64,000 nt of DNA. Origin: Candidatus Dadabacteria bacterium (GTDB taxonomy: Bacteria; Desulfobacterota_D; UBA1144; Nemesobacterales; CSP1-2). Below, in pieces: positions 1 to 11,916 of the stretch (position 1 is the stretch's first letter; every line of letters starts with the position of its first letter). Below the pieces are notes generated by a model, which saw only the letters and a list, made by a program, of their open reading frames with translations, made no database searches and was not told the origin of the DNA. Where the stretch lies: assembly GCA_963805855.1 (NCBI GenBank), contig CAWDVW010000005.1:960001-1024000 (forward strand), written 5' to 3'. Both the position numbers and the translations under genes were made by a program.

Positions 1-251
1 GAAGTATTTTTAAGCCCAAATATGTTACGACTGAGTATTATGTCGTAAGATTTTCGCGAAGCCAGGTCTTTTTTCGTACTCACATAATTTTCTACGCGTA
101 CACTCTTAGATGAAGCCTTGGCCTCGTGAGGGAGCATAGGCATTTTCCCCTTTATATTGTCGATTACAATCTGTGCAAGAACGTAAGCAAGCACTGCAAC
201 AAGGAACAGATTGATAGCCCAGGTATGTTTCTTAAATAGTGATATAATCAT
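1..251 (-). CDS. gspC: Type II secretion system protein C-like, N-terminal part (runs off window)
   Basis: Manual translation MIISLFKKHTWAINLFLVAVLAYVLAQIVI...YDIILSRNIFG: N-terminal TM helix then the I..RNIFG motif typical of deltaproteobacterial GspC. Confidence 0.55.
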   Translation of the reverse strand, partial: MIISLFKKHTWAINLFLVAVLAYVLAQIVIDNIKGKMPMLPHEAKASSKSVRVENYVSTKKDLASRKSYDIILSRNIFGLKNT

Positions 252-304
252 TTAAGTAGCGCTATTAACTTTCATATCAAAAATAAAGCTAATTACTTTA
301 TATG

Positions 305-1387
305 TCAAGAGATCTTCTTTTTATCCAAATCTTTATATGCGCAAACTTCTATTTCCTCTCGCAAATAATCTGCGGCTGCCTCTGGCGAGGTCGGATTGAT
401 GAATAATCCAGCACCCCACTCAAATCCAGCAATTGTTGTGAGACGTGGGATAATCTCTAAATGCCAATGAAAATCGTACTCGATCGAATCCCAGTGCTGC
501 GGATGACCTGGACGCATGAATCTGCTCGGCGAGGTATGTATCACAAAATTATAGGGGGGATCATTCAAAAGATTTTTAACAGATAGTAGGTTCAGCTTCA
601 GAACGTACGCCAGGTTCATGAGCTCATGATCATCCATAATGGAATAATTATGAAGATGCTTTTTTGGTACTATCCAAGTCTCAAATGGGAAACTTGAAGC
701 AAACGGAGCCCAGACAATATAGTTAGCTGATTCAAAAACTATTCTTTTATTATAATCAAGTTCCTGGTTTATTAAATCGCAAATCAGGCATCGTTCCTTT
801 TCCCTATAATGCTCTCTGCTTGCTGTTAGCTCTTGTTTCACGATAGGGGGAACCATAGGAGTGGCAATTAATTGTGAGTGTGTATGCATAATAGAGCTTC
901 CCGCTTGTGCCTTGTGATTTTTAAATATCAACACATAACGGAGTCTTGGATCTCTAAATAAATCTTTTATTCTCTCCCTAAATGCTAGCAGTACATCCTT
1001 AACCCTTTCAATATCAAGATCCGCCAATCCGTTATCGTGATTCGGAGACTCAATGATAACCTCATGCGCACCAGCCCCACTAACAACGTCAAATATACCG
1101 GTTGCGTATCTATGCGCATTATCCTCAACATGCAGTGCAGGGTACTTATTTGGAACAACCCTCACGTTCCAGCCGGGTGAGTTTGGTTCCGATCCCGGCT
1201 CTCGTATCGCAAAAATCTCAGGAGGTGTTTTACCTTCTGAACCCTCGCAAAACGGACAGGAAACTATCGTGTCCTCATCACTATTAATACCGTCCTCAAT
1301 CACCAAATAATCACTTGGCCTTCTAGCCCTTTCGGTCGAAATTATTACCCATCTATCTCTAATTGGATCGAATCTGAGTTCCCGCAT
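305..1387 (-). CDS. galT: Galactose-1-phosphate uridylyltransferase (GalT family)
   Basis: ELR.DP...WVII..ER..RP, CPFC Zn site, VVPNKYPAL, HEVIIESP, H-x-H-x-Q catalytic motif (HTHSQ), AGFEWG. Confidence 0.9.
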   Translation of the reverse strand: MRELRFDPIRDRWVIISTERARRPSDYLVIEDGINSDEDTIVSCPFCEGSEGKTPPEIFAIREPGSEPNSPGWNVRVVPNKYPALHVEDNAHRYATGIFDVVSGAGAHEVIIESPNHDNGLADLDIERVKDVLLAFRERIKDLFRDPRLRYVLIFKNHKAQAGSSIMHTHSQLIATPMVPPIVKQELTASREHYREKERCLICDLINQELDYNKRIVFESANYIVWAPFASSFPFETWIVPKKHLHNYSIMDDHELMNLAYVLKLNLLSVKNLLNDPPYNFVIHTSPSRFMRPGHPQHWDSIEYDFHWHLEIIPRLTTIAGFEWGAGLFINPTSPEAAADYLREEIEVCAYKDLDKKKIS

Positions 1388-1882
1388 CTATATGGTCATT
1401 CCCGCCTTTACTCGTCAAACTCTAAACTATTATTATACAGTACAAAACCATTCATTCTGATAATCCATTCATTAGGAATTACAATTTTTTTCAAAATGCT
1501 AATCCAAATAAGATCTCGCTCTATCATAAAAAATTACCATTAAAACTGACGAGACTGTATCTAAAAGTTTAGCCAATTACTTTAAGTTTCATTCTCAAGC
1601 TTTACACATTATTATTTAAAAATCAATGATTATTTTTTTATTGCTTGAAATTGAGTCAGGTTCAATTTTGAGAAGATACGACCATCGAAGATCGCGAACG
1701 CCAATTTAGGTATAGCTAAAATAGAAAAAACAGATAATACCCCCATTTTAAAGATTCGAGCTGTCACTTAACCAATGTTAGGAATAATAGCTGAAAAGAA
1801 TGTCCCACTTCACAATGTTCATCCTCAAACTTAGAAGAATCAAGATGCCTGTTTAAGGCATCCGCTAAGACACCACACGCAC

Positions 1883-1910
1883 TTGACAAAGATTCTTAGA
1901 TGATTATCTT
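1883..1910 (+). promoter_or_regulatory. sigma70-type promoter of groESL-1
   Basis: TTGACA-N16-TATCTT immediately upstream of CIRCE. Confidence 0.6.
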
Positions 1911-1921
1911 TATGTTTATTT

Positions 1922-1948
1922 TTAGCACTAATCGGACTAAAGTGCTAA
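1922..1948 (+). promoter_or_regulatory. CIRCE operator (HrcA site)
   Basis: TTAGCACTA-N9-AAGTGCTAA vs consensus TTAGCACTC-N9-GAGTGCTAA, upstream of groES. Confidence 0.9.
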
Positions 1949-1988
1949 ATCCCTGGTTCAAGATCCATAAATTTAAGGAGGAGGTTAT

Positions 1989-2279
1989 ATGAAAGTAAAA
2001 CCGCTCTACGACAGAATTCTTGTTAAGAGACTGGAGACCGTAGAAAAGACCAAGGGTGGCATTATAATTCCTGATTCCGCGAAAGAGAAACCCCAGGAAG
2101 GAAAAATAATGGCTCTGGGGAAGGGAAAGCTACTCGAAGACGGTTCAATGAGACCCCTAGACGTCAAGGTTGGGGATAAGGTGCTTTTCAGTAAATATGG
2201 CGGTACCGACATAAATATTGAGGGTGAGGATTACTTAATTCTTCGGGAAGAAGATATCTTAGCAATCGTCGAAAGTTAA
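1989..2279 (+). CDS. groES: Co-chaperonin GroES (copy 1)
   Basis: [29 protein letters not shown]. Confidence 0.98.
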   Translation: MKVKPLYDRILVKRLETVEKTKGGIIIPDSAKEKPQEGKIMALGKGKLLEDGSMRPLDVKVGDKVLFSKYGGTDINIEGEDYLILREEDILAIVES

Positions 2280-2309
2280 AAATTTTAAAACACGAATTTA
2301 AGGAGGTAA

Positions 2310-3980
<1,671 letters not shown>

Positions 3981-3996
3981 GAATTATAATAAAGCA

Positions 3997-4021
3997 GCGG
4001 GTCGATCGCTATCGGCCCGCT
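3997..4021. terminator. Hairpin between groEL-1 and convergent HAD gene
   Basis: agcgggtcgat-cgct-atcggcccgct stem-loop. Confidence 0.55.
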
Positions 4022-4061
4022 CTGATTATAATCCAGCTAAATGTACTTAAATAATATTTTT

Positions 4062-4745
4062 TCACCCGACAAAAGCCTTTAGGGCTGTTTCAACGTCACT
4101 AAAATCTTCGAAAAGATAATCCGGATTATATAGCTCCAAATCCTTCAATGAATAGGATCCCGTAGCAACACCAAATACCTTTGCCCCTGCCGCCTTTCCA
4201 TGAATAATATCAAACGGTGTATCACCTATCACACATACCTCAGCAAATCCAGTGCATTTATCGAGGATCCTTTCCCCCCTTTCTATCGCTATGCGTATTA
4301 TCTCACCTCTATATTCTGAATCAGAACCGAAAGCTCCAAATTTAAAGTATGAGTCTAAGCCTGAATATCTCAGTTTTATCCATGCCGCTTCTTCGATATT
4401 ACCCGTCGCGATGCCCAATTTTAAATCATCTCTCAAAGAAATAGCTTCGAGGATTTGTGATATTCCATCCAGGACCGTTATCGGGTTTCGTTCCTTCATT
4501 TCCTCTTCCAGGTAAAGTAAATAACTTCTATAAATCCTAGCCACCTCCCCCTCTAAATAATCCCTATAAAGTGTATTTCGGAACATCTCCCTTAGAATAA
4601 GCGGATCTGTCTTTCCATCAGGCCTTATACCGTGCATTGCGTCTTCAATGTCATAGATAACACTGAAGGCTCTATTAGCTGCTCTTATTCCTGCACCACC
4701 GGCATGAATTAGCGTTCCATCTATGTCAAAAAGAAGCAGTTTCAT
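4062..4745 (-). CDS. HAD-superfamily hydrolase (phosphoglycolate phosphatase-like)
   Basis: FDIDGTL motif I, ATGN motif II, IGDTPFD motif IV. Confidence 0.9.
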   Translation of the reverse strand: MKLLLFDIDGTLIHAGGAGIRAANRAFSVIYDIEDAMHGIRPDGKTDPLILREMFRNTLYRDYLEGEVARIYRSYLLYLEEEMKERNPITVLDGISQILEAISLRDDLKLGIATGNIEEAAWIKLRYSGLDSYFKFGAFGSDSEYRGEIIRIAIERGERILDKCTGFAEVCVIGDTPFDIIHGKAAGAKVFGVATGSYSLKDLELYNPDYLFEDFSDVETALKAFVG

Positions 4746-4800
4746 TTAAAAATAATTCCTCGAGGGGATGTATTTCAAGCGAATAAAAAAACAGAATTCA

Positions 4801-5805
4801 TTAACCTAGTTTTTCTAAAACTCCCGTGTAGAACTCCTCCTCCTGGTGAGCTATTTCATGAGCTTTATTTGAAGCTAGTCTGAATAGCTCACGGTCTTTT
4901 TCACATTCGCTTATCTGTTTAAATAACTGTGAAATATCACTCCATTTTCGCCCCAACAGGTCCATCTTATCCGGTAGCCTGAACGCTTTTAGATTCGGCA
5001 CGATTTCTTCGGCCTCTAATAGGAAATCCCTGTAAATCCACCTGAACCCGCCACCACCAGTCCCCCTCTTCTCAATCACTTGATACGCAAACCTAGATGA
5101 CCATTGCCAATCTTGAGCGTCACCCCAATACTCAAGCTCCTCTGCCCAAGATCTAATCTTCTCAATTCCAGAAATACCCCTTGGCGATCCTTTGCCTTCT
5201 AACATTGATTTGGCATTGTTATAAATTGCGATAGGAACAATTTCAGATAAATCTGGTAAAGGATTTTCTAGATAAACCTCAAACCAGTTGTTATTCAACG
5301 GGTATGGCTTTGCTTTTGAACACCTTGCGTTTTGTAACCCTTCATAAGAAACGGATTGCAAGCCCTCAAACCCCGTATCTGATAAGAAAACTTTCTCTGA
5401 CTCATCATCATAACCCCACACGCAGACGACGTGCCCCGGAAAGTGGGTAGATGATTTATAATAGTCTAGATGAAATATATCGGTCTGAATTAACAGAGGG
5501 ATACCCTCGTTTATATAATCCCTTAAGATTTCAGCTGCCGCCTCTCCATCAGATTCAAGTTTCCAATTAGTTGGCTTATCAATTAGACTGAAAAAATTGG
5601 GTTCCATTCCAGGACCTCTTAGATGAATTGCCCTCGTGGGACTCATATCCTCGTATTGTGTATAAAAAAATCCAAGTCCTGAACCAAGCCCAAAACACAT
5701 CGCCTCTGAAAGTTGATACCCGTAGTAAGTAATAACGTCTCTTAGAGCGACAGAGCCGCAGTGTAATCCAGGAATGTGAGTCCAGTTACTTATGATTTTT
5801 CTCAT
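4801..5805 (-). CDS. BtrH N-terminal/DUF4872 papain-like protein
   Basis: GLHCGS (Cys), MCFGLGSGLGF, HFPGHVV.VWGYD (His), GTGGGGFR..Y..FL; start moved to ATG 5805. Confidence 0.75.
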   Translation of the reverse strand: MRKIISNWTHIPGLHCGSVALRDVITYYGYQLSEAMCFGLGSGLGFFYTQYEDMSPTRAIHLRGPGMEPNFFSLIDKPTNWKLESDGEAAAEILRDYINEGIPLLIQTDIFHLDYYKSSTHFPGHVVCVWGYDDESEKVFLSDTGFEGLQSVSYEGLQNARCSKAKPYPLNNNWFEVYLENPLPDLSEIVPIAIYNNAKSMLEGKGSPRGISGIEKIRSWAEELEYWGDAQDWQWSSRFAYQVIEKRGTGGGGFRWIYRDFLLEAEEIVPNLKAFRLPDKMDLLGRKWSDISQLFKQISECEKDRELFRLASNKAHEIAHQEEEFYTGVLEKLG

Positions 5806-6060
5806 CACATAATTAATTTTACCATAACCCTGGTTGCTAAAGTGTTTAGTTTCGTATATGCATGACCTACGATAACTCAATAAAATTGAAAACAAAAACA
5901 GAATTTATCAGTTATAATTAACGCCATTATTTATACGATTTAAATAATAAAGAAATCAAAGACTTAGACTCAAGTATAATCTATAAATACCTTTTAAGAT
6001 CCGTCTTGACACGTGTTAATAGTATAAATAATCTATTTCTATCCTCGGAGGTAAAAAAAT

Positions 6061-7485
6061 ATGAAAAGGTCTTCTTCGCTTCTAATACTCTTAATCATCA
6101 TTTCAACCTGTTTTGTATTGGCTACCACCCAATTTGCACAGACAAATGAACTAAGGTCTTTATCAGGACTTGTTAAAAGACTAACTCCTTCGGTTGTCAA
6201 CATCAGCACGACCAATACCACAAAGTTCGGCATGACACCTCACCGATCTCCGTTCGGTGAACGAGGAGATGATCCATTTGAGGAGTTTTTCAATAGATTT
6301 TTTGGTGAATTGCCTCAAAGAGAATTCAAAAGAAAGGGTCTTGGGTCGGGATTTATCTTAAGTGAAAACGGCTATATCATCACCAACAATCACGTCGTAG
6401 AGAAGGCAGATGATATTAAAGTAATCCTAGAGGATGGGGAAAGCTACAAGGGAACTATAATTGGGAAGGACCCAAAGACCGATCTGGCGCTCCTTAAAAT
6501 AGAGCCGAGGCACAAACTGAACGCAGTTAGCTTGGGTAGATCGAACACACTTGAGATTGGAGATTGGGTTGTTGCTATAGGGAATCCATTTGGACTAGGA
6601 CATACGGTAACCACCGGAATCGTAAGCGCTAAAGGCAGATCGCTTGGACTCGGAGCCTATGATGATTTCATCCAAACTGATGCTGCAATAAATCCCGGAA
6701 ACAGTGGAGGCCCACTCTTTAACCTCAATGGAGATGTCGTGGGTGTAAACACTGCAATAATAGCCGGGGGTCAGGGCATCGGTTTTGCAATTCCCGTCGA
6801 CATGGCGAGAAATGTGGTAGAACAACTCCAGAACAAAGGGAAAGTAGTAAGGGGATGGTTGGGGGTGCTGGTTCAGCAGATAACCCCTGAGATCGCGGAA
6901 AGCTTAAATCTTAGCCAGCCCGAAGGTGCTTTAGTATCGGATGTAACTCCTGGCGGGCCTGCGGATAAAGCAGGAATAAAGAGAGGAGATGTTATCGTAG
7001 CGTTTGATGGAAACAAGATAGAAGATATGCCGGATCTACCAAAGACGGTAGCGACTAATGAGCCTGGAACCAAATCAAAATTAACATTTCTTAGAAATGG
7101 TAAGGAAAAAACCGTTGACTTAACACTAGGAGAACTCCCCGAAGAAGTGGCTGTGTCCACAAGCGTAACAAATAACAACGTTGAAAGGAATCTCGGTCTC
7201 ATCGTTCAAGAAATTAATCCTCAAATACAGAGGAGATTTAGACTAGAAGAATCCAAAGGGGTTATCATCACCAATGTAAATCCCGATTCAATCGGATACG
7301 AAGCGGGGCTCATGGCGGGTGACATAATTCTTGAGATGAATAAACAACATATTGAAAATTTGGATGACTACAGAAAATCTGTGGACTCTCTTAAAGAAGG
7401 GCAGACCGCGCTTCTTCTGGTGCAAAGGGCAAGGAACACAATCTATGTTGCTCTTAAGATTGAGGATCAACATGATAAAGGTTGA
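6061..7485 (+). CDS. degP: DegP/DegQ periplasmic serine endoprotease with two PDZ domains
   Basis: Signal peptide, TNNHVV, DLALLKI, GNSGG, two PDZ. Confidence 0.92.
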   Translation: MKRSSSLLILLIIISTCFVLATTQFAQTNELRSLSGLVKRLTPSVVNISTTNTTKFGMTPHRSPFGERGDDPFEEFFNRFFGELPQREFKRKGLGSGFILSENGYIITNNHVVEKADDIKVILEDGESYKGTIIGKDPKTDLALLKIEPRHKLNAVSLGRSNTLEIGDWVVAIGNPFGLGHTVTTGIVSAKGRSLGLGAYDDFIQTDAAINPGNSGGPLFNLNGDVVGVNTAIIAGGQGIGFAIPVDMARNVVEQLQNKGKVVRGWLGVLVQQITPEIAESLNLSQPEGALVSDVTPGGPADKAGIKRGDVIVAFDGNKIEDMPDLPKTVATNEPGTKSKLTFLRNGKEKTVDLTLGELPEEVAVSTSVTNNNVERNLGLIVQEINPQIQRRFRLEESKGVIITNVNPDSIGYEAGLMAGDIILEMNKQHIENLDDYRKSVDSLKEGQTALLLVQRARNTIYVALKIEDQHDKG

Positions 7486-7936
7486 GGAGAAATTGAAAGA
7501 GCTCGGAATAGAAATTCTTGATGTACCTAAACCATTAGGTGCTTACAAATCCGCCGTTATTTCGGGAAATCTTATTTTCGTGTCCGGCCAGTTACCCATA
7601 GAAAATGGGGAACTCAGATACAAGGGCAGAGTCGGAGAAGAAGTATCGATTGAAGACGGCATCCAAGCCTCAAGAATTGCCTCATTGAACGCGTTATCAG
7701 TTATGAAAAAAGAGCTGGGAGATCTCGATCGGATAAAGCGAATCCTGAAGATCACAGGGTATGTTTCCAGTGCATCAAACTTTTATATGCAGGCAAAGAT
7801 AGTCAATGGCGCATCTGAGATTTTTTACCTCGTCTTCGGGGAAGATGGAACTCACGCCCGTGCTGCCGTCGGTGTTTGCGCACTCCCTCTTGGTGCCCCA
7901 GTCGAAATAGAAGTGATAGCCGAGATAAGTACTTAA
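7472..7936 (+). CDS. RidA/YjgF family protein
   Basis: GAY, FVSGQLP, NGASE, HARAAVG, LPLGAPVEIE; start at ATG 7472 overlapping degP end. Confidence 0.88.
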   Translation: MIKVEEKLKELGIEILDVPKPLGAYKSAVISGNLIFVSGQLPIENGELRYKGRVGEEVSIEDGIQASRIASLNALSVMKKELGDLDRIKRILKITGYVSSASNFYMQAKIVNGASEIFYLVFGEDGTHARAAVGVCALPLGAPVEIEVIAEIST

Positions 7937-7986
7937 TATCGAACCACTTTCCAAAAATCGCAATTATCCCGGCGATATTTTACGCA

Positions 7987-8796
7987 ATGAAAATTTTCAT
8001 CTACATTGACCACCCATCCCCTTCACTATCTATAGATGAGCTGAGACATCGCTTAGAGAAATTTGATCTCGAGGTTATCTTCAAAGGAGATCTCATCGAA
8101 TCATTGAAGTTGAGCGATGCGGAAATGATGAACCTGGCCAATAGGATGTCGGGGACTATTATTCAAGACATCAACGTTCCGAACGATAATATCGAATTTC
8201 CAAATCATCGATACCTCAATTCAGAACGAAAAAGGCTAACCGGAGAAGCAGACTATATGGGAGTGCTCTATGACGGGTACTGGCTGCAGAGGATTTTTTT
8301 TAATCTATTTCGCGATAGGCTCGCTGGAAGGATTTCAAACAATATTATTCACATAATTTTTACAAGCAGGCTCTTCGGCACCTTCGAAAAAAGAAGGTAT
8401 CACGCGAGAGTAATACTTATGGGCACACCAAGCTTAATTTCTACCTCGGGGGTGGTTGAGGCACCAGCAAAACCAAGGGAATACTACTGGCTAAAAGCTG
8501 GATTTATCCAGAGTGGCCGGGATATCACCGAACTCGACAGCGTCTATAAGGGAAGATTTATCGAGTACAACGATTCCAAGATGACACCGATTTTAGGGTC
8601 CTATGCACTACAAGCCGTTGCCTATGAGATGAGTGGCAAGGAGTTCTGCGATGACAAAACCTGCTGCTTATACAACGCTCACTGGCAGGAAGAGGTCCTA
8701 GGCGCTCAACTGGGTGGTAAATTATGCCAAAAGCATCATGACATAATGTCAAGCGTGTCTGTCAGAAACCAAACAGCCACTAGTAAAAAAGACTGA
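7987..8796 (+). CDS. DUF6775-like putative metallopeptidase
   Basis: RYHAR, ISTSGVVEAPAKPREYY, FC....C.LYNAHWQEE, LC..H; family recalled mainly from archaea. Confidence 0.65.
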   Translation: MKIFIYIDHPSPSLSIDELRHRLEKFDLEVIFKGDLIESLKLSDAEMMNLANRMSGTIIQDINVPNDNIEFPNHRYLNSERKRLTGEADYMGVLYDGYWLQRIFFNLFRDRLAGRISNNIIHIIFTSRLFGTFEKRRYHARVILMGTPSLISTSGVVEAPAKPREYYWLKAGFIQSGRDITELDSVYKGRFIEYNDSKMTPILGSYALQAVAYEMSGKEFCDDKTCCLYNAHWQEEVLGAQLGGKLCQKHHDIMSSVSVRNQTATSKKD

Positions 8797-8810
8797 GCCC
8801 ATATTGTATA

Positions 8811-9620
8811 TCATGCCCTCGCCTGTTCCTGAAGTAATTTGATAGCAACATCCGCGGCCTTTTTTCCTGAGAGAAGCATACCACCGAATGTTGGCCCCAT
8901 TCTAGGTAGGCCAAAAACAGTATTTACAGCCATTCCACATGCGATCAATCCGGGATAGACCTCACCCGTGTATTCGACCAGTGCGTCTTCCGATTTTTCG
9001 ACCCACATCGATCCGTGACCGGGGAGCTTCTTGTAAAGACCTTGCTGTGACAGCCTAGATACAAGGTAGGCGTCGTGACCAGTAGCGTCTATTACAAGTT
9101 TTGACTCAAGAGCAATTGGGTCAAGACAAGTTATTTCCTTCGGCATATTTGCAACCGGAGTCCAATTTATAACTACACCTGCCACCCTACCATTTTCTCT
9201 ATAAACCAGGTCGTCGAACATTGTCATATTCCTTACCCTTGCCCCGGCTTCACAAGCCGTAGCTATGAGTTTCGAGCAGGCAAATGGGCCGTCAGCAACA
9301 TAGAGCCCGTCTGAAACCTCTTTATATGGGACTTCTATTTCATCCAGAACGGTTTGACCCGGATCCCGCACCGTTACTTTATTCATTAGATAACCACCTA
9401 TCCAAAATCCACCCCCAAGATAATTCATCCTCTCAACCAGAAGTACCTTGAACTTCTTCTTTGCAATATCCTTCGCAGCAACGAGCCCACTGGGTCCAGC
9501 ACCAACAATAATTACATCGCTTGTTATGTATTCAGTGAATTCCTCAGCGAAACCCTCAACTATAGCCCTTGTGACCTCCTTCTCCCCAACAGGTGCAAAG
9601 ATAGTCTTATTCTTAGACAT
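8811..9620 (-). CDS. thi4: Thi4-family thiazole (ADT) synthase, Cys-type
   Basis: [38 protein letters not shown]. Confidence 0.92.
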   Translation of the reverse strand: MSKNKTIFAPVGEKEVTRAIVEGFAEEFTEYITSDVIIVGAGPSGLVAAKDIAKKKFKVLLVERMNYLGGGFWIGGYLMNKVTVRDPGQTVLDEIEVPYKEVSDGLYVADGPFACSKLIATACEAGARVRNMTMFDDLVYRENGRVAGVVINWTPVANMPKEITCLDPIALESKLVIDATGHDAYLVSRLSQQGLYKKLPGHGSMWVEKSEDALVEYTGEVYPGLIACGMAVNTVFGLPRMGPTFGGMLLSGKKAADVAIKLLQEQARA

Positions 9621-9831
9621 TAAATTACTACCTCCGTACTTAAATATCCTATCTGAGTCTTAATCTATCATAAATACAGTGGTCGTCAATAGTATGTTAA
9701 GTTAACTCGATCTATCGATGCCCCTAAAAATGACACAATACTAGCAATTCATCTATTTATTAGTTATTTTAAATTCAGTTTAAGAGTATTTTTTATCTCA
9801 CATACACACAATATCTTAGGAGGAAGAGCAA

Positions 9832-10674
9832 ATGAAAATATATTTTAAATTGATCCTTCTGCTGACGCTTGGGTTAGCAATTACGGCTATCACCTTAGCG
9901 GAAAACGCGTTTTCGGGCGAAGGGATAATAATGGAGCAGGTGAGGTATAAGCAGGGAAGCCCGAAAAAGGAGAAAGGAAAGATCTGGGTTATGGACAATA
10001 AAATTAAGTTTGAAGAAGAAACTGGACAGGCCGCAGCAATCTTCGATTTAAATACCGGGGAAATGATTCAGATCGACAGACAAGGTAGGAGATATGTCAT
10101 TGCTAAACCGGACGAGTATTTTAAATTCATTCAAGATATCACCTCAAAAATGAAGACTGAAATGGAGAAACAGCTTTCTCAGCTCCCACCCGATAAGAGG
10201 GCCCAGATGGAAGAGATGATGAAATCTCAGGGAATGTCCCTGCCAGGTAGCTCAACCAAACCAAGGGACCTGAAACTACAAAAACCCGGTAAAGACGAAA
10301 CTATAGCCGGATACAAGTCTGTAAAGTATGAAGTTTACGAAGATGGAAAGCTCATCGAAGAAATATGGACGAATAATGAAGCTCTAAATAATGAAATTGA
10401 TATCAAAAAAATGTCTAATTACCTTCAGCGAATCAAAGACATAAGTGAAAATGCAGGTGGTATGGGATTTAATCCAGAGGGTCAGACAGTCTACAAAGAA
10501 GTGTTTGAATCTGGATTCCCGATGAAGACCGTCGACCATAAATCAGGAGACGGTATTTATGTAGAAGAAATAACAAAGGTATCAAAAGCAAATTTGAGTG
10601 ATTCGGAATTTGTTCCGCCAAACGATTATAAGAAAATTACCCTTCAAGAAATGATGCAGCAGCTGGGAAAATAG
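9832..10674 (+). CDS. Exported DUF4412-like protein
   Basis: Signal peptide, G.DETIAGY, C-terminal F.PP.DYKK. Confidence 0.7.
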   Translation: MKIYFKLILLLTLGLAITAITLAENAFSGEGIIMEQVRYKQGSPKKEKGKIWVMDNKIKFEEETGQAAAIFDLNTGEMIQIDRQGRRYVIAKPDEYFKFIQDITSKMKTEMEKQLSQLPPDKRAQMEEMMKSQGMSLPGSSTKPRDLKLQKPGKDETIAGYKSVKYEVYEDGKLIEEIWTNNEALNNEIDIKKMSNYLQRIKDISENAGGMGFNPEGQTVYKEVFESGFPMKTVDHKSGDGIYVEEITKVSKANLSDSEFVPPNDYKKITLQEMMQQLGK

Positions 10675-10738
10675 ATAAACTGTGGTAATACCAGCAGGGC
10701 TTGTAATAAGACCTGCGCGGTGTATTAACAGACTTTAG

Positions 10739-11191
10739 TCATTCTTGGTTTTCCTTAGTAACTTCGACCTTTATCACTACAGATACGTCGGAGTAAAGTT
10801 TTACTCTGACATCATGCGTACCCAATGTTTTAATCGGTGAAGCGAGGTCAATATCCTTTTTTGAAATATCAAAACCCTGATTTGAGAGGGAATCAGAAAT
10901 GGTCTGAGTGGTCACCGAACCAAAGATTCGCTCTTCATCACCAACTTTCATTGGAATTGTGCAAATAACTCCCTCTAGTCTAGAAGCAATTGTTTTCGCC
11001 TCTTCCTTTAACTTTACCTCCCTTTTCTTCAACGAGCCTATTTGCTGCTCCCACGTTTTCAAATTACCGCGTGTAGCTTCTATGGCAATTTTCCTAGGAA
11101 TCAAGAAATTCCTTGCAAAACCGCTTTTCACCTCCCTGATTTCTCCCTTCTTGCCGAAAACTCCTTCATCGGATATGACTATCACCTTCAT
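10739..11191 (-). CDS. rplI: 50S ribosomal protein L9
   Basis: VKSGFARNFLIP, FGSVT, PIKTLG. Confidence 0.97.
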   Translation of the reverse strand: MKVIVISDEGVFGKKGEIREVKSGFARNFLIPRKIAIEATRGNLKTWEQQIGSLKKREVKLKEEAKTIASRLEGVICTIPMKVGDEERIFGSVTTQTISDSLSNQGFDISKKDIDLASPIKTLGTHDVRVKLYSDVSVVIKVEVTKENQE

Positions 11192-11249
11192 GTAGACCCC
11201 TCCTAAATTGCATTTTAACTCTTAGAACTTAATAGGACCGAGCCGCTCT

Positions 11250-11486
11250 CTAGTGAAGGACAGTAAATGGAAGTAATGCCATTGTCCGGGCTCTTTTAAT
11301 AGCTGAGGCAAGTGCTCTTTGGTGCCTAGCGCACAGACCGGAGCTCCTTCTAGGCACTATCTTTCTTCTTTCAGTTATGAAACTCGAGAGAAGATCATAG
11401 TCCTTGTAGTCAATCTTTATCGGCTCTGAGCAAAATTTACAGACCTTCCTCTTCGTAAAAAACCTCTTGTCCTTTTTTTCTTCCAT
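11250..11486 (-). CDS. rpsR: 30S ribosomal protein S18 (Zn-binding form)
   Basis: CKFC, IDYKD, C..HQR, AIKRAR.MALLPF. Confidence 0.97.
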   Translation of the reverse strand: MEEKKDKRFFTKRKVCKFCSEPIKIDYKDYDLLSSFITERRKIVPRRSSGLCARHQRALASAIKRARTMALLPFTVLH

Positions 11487-11489
11487 CTC

Positions 11490-11846
11490 TTAGATACCCC
11501 CGTTATGGCTATTCGTCTTTGAAGAATCAACCCCACTAAGTGCTTCATCTTCGTCTATATTTAAGGTAATAAACCTTAAGACATCCGTATTGAAAAACCT
11601 TAGATTTTTTTCCATCTCATTTACCGCACCAGGCAATGATTTATATATTAGCAAATAGTAAATCCCTTTTTCATAGTCACGGATTCGATAGGCAAGATCC
11701 CTCTCTTTCCATTTCTCAGATCTGATTATCTCCCCATCATGCTTTGAAATCGTCTCACTTAGCCTGCTCTGCACCTTGGCTAAGTCCTCTTCTGTGAGAT
11801 CAGACCTCGTTAAATAAAGCGTCTCGTAATACCTCGACTTTTGCAT
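11490..11846 (-). CDS. rpsF: 30S ribosomal protein S6
   Basis: YET, W..R.LAY.I, G.Y, VLRF; adjacent to rpsR. Confidence 0.95.
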   Translation of the reverse strand: MQKSRYYETLYLTRSDLTEEDLAKVQSRLSETISKHDGEIIRSEKWKERDLAYRIRDYEKGIYYLLIYKSLPGAVNEMEKNLRFFNTDVLRFITLNIDEDEALSGVDSSKTNSHNGGI

Positions 11847-11853
11847 TCTAAAT

Positions 11854-11915
11854 ACCTCCGTTTTGGTCTAACCGACCGTAAGTACGTCTAAGAAATCCGT
11901 ACTTAGGGTAACGGG
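11854..11915 (-). ncRNA. Probable S6:S18 ribosomal protein leader (autoregulatory mRNA structure)
   Basis: mRNA: CCGUU pairs with AACGG overlapping the SD (GGAGGU); internal loop with ACCC; stem UAAGUACG/CGUACUUA. Confidence 0.65.
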
Positions 11916-11916
11916 T

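Noticed and set aside
1844-1862. Inverted repeat gatgcct/aggcatc upstream of the groESL-1 promoter
   Set aside because: A single 7-bp IR not found at groESL-2; insufficient support.
9621-9831. TPP riboswitch upstream of thi4
   Set aside because: No GCTGAGA / CCTGAT...GGGA core recognised; region is AT-rich.
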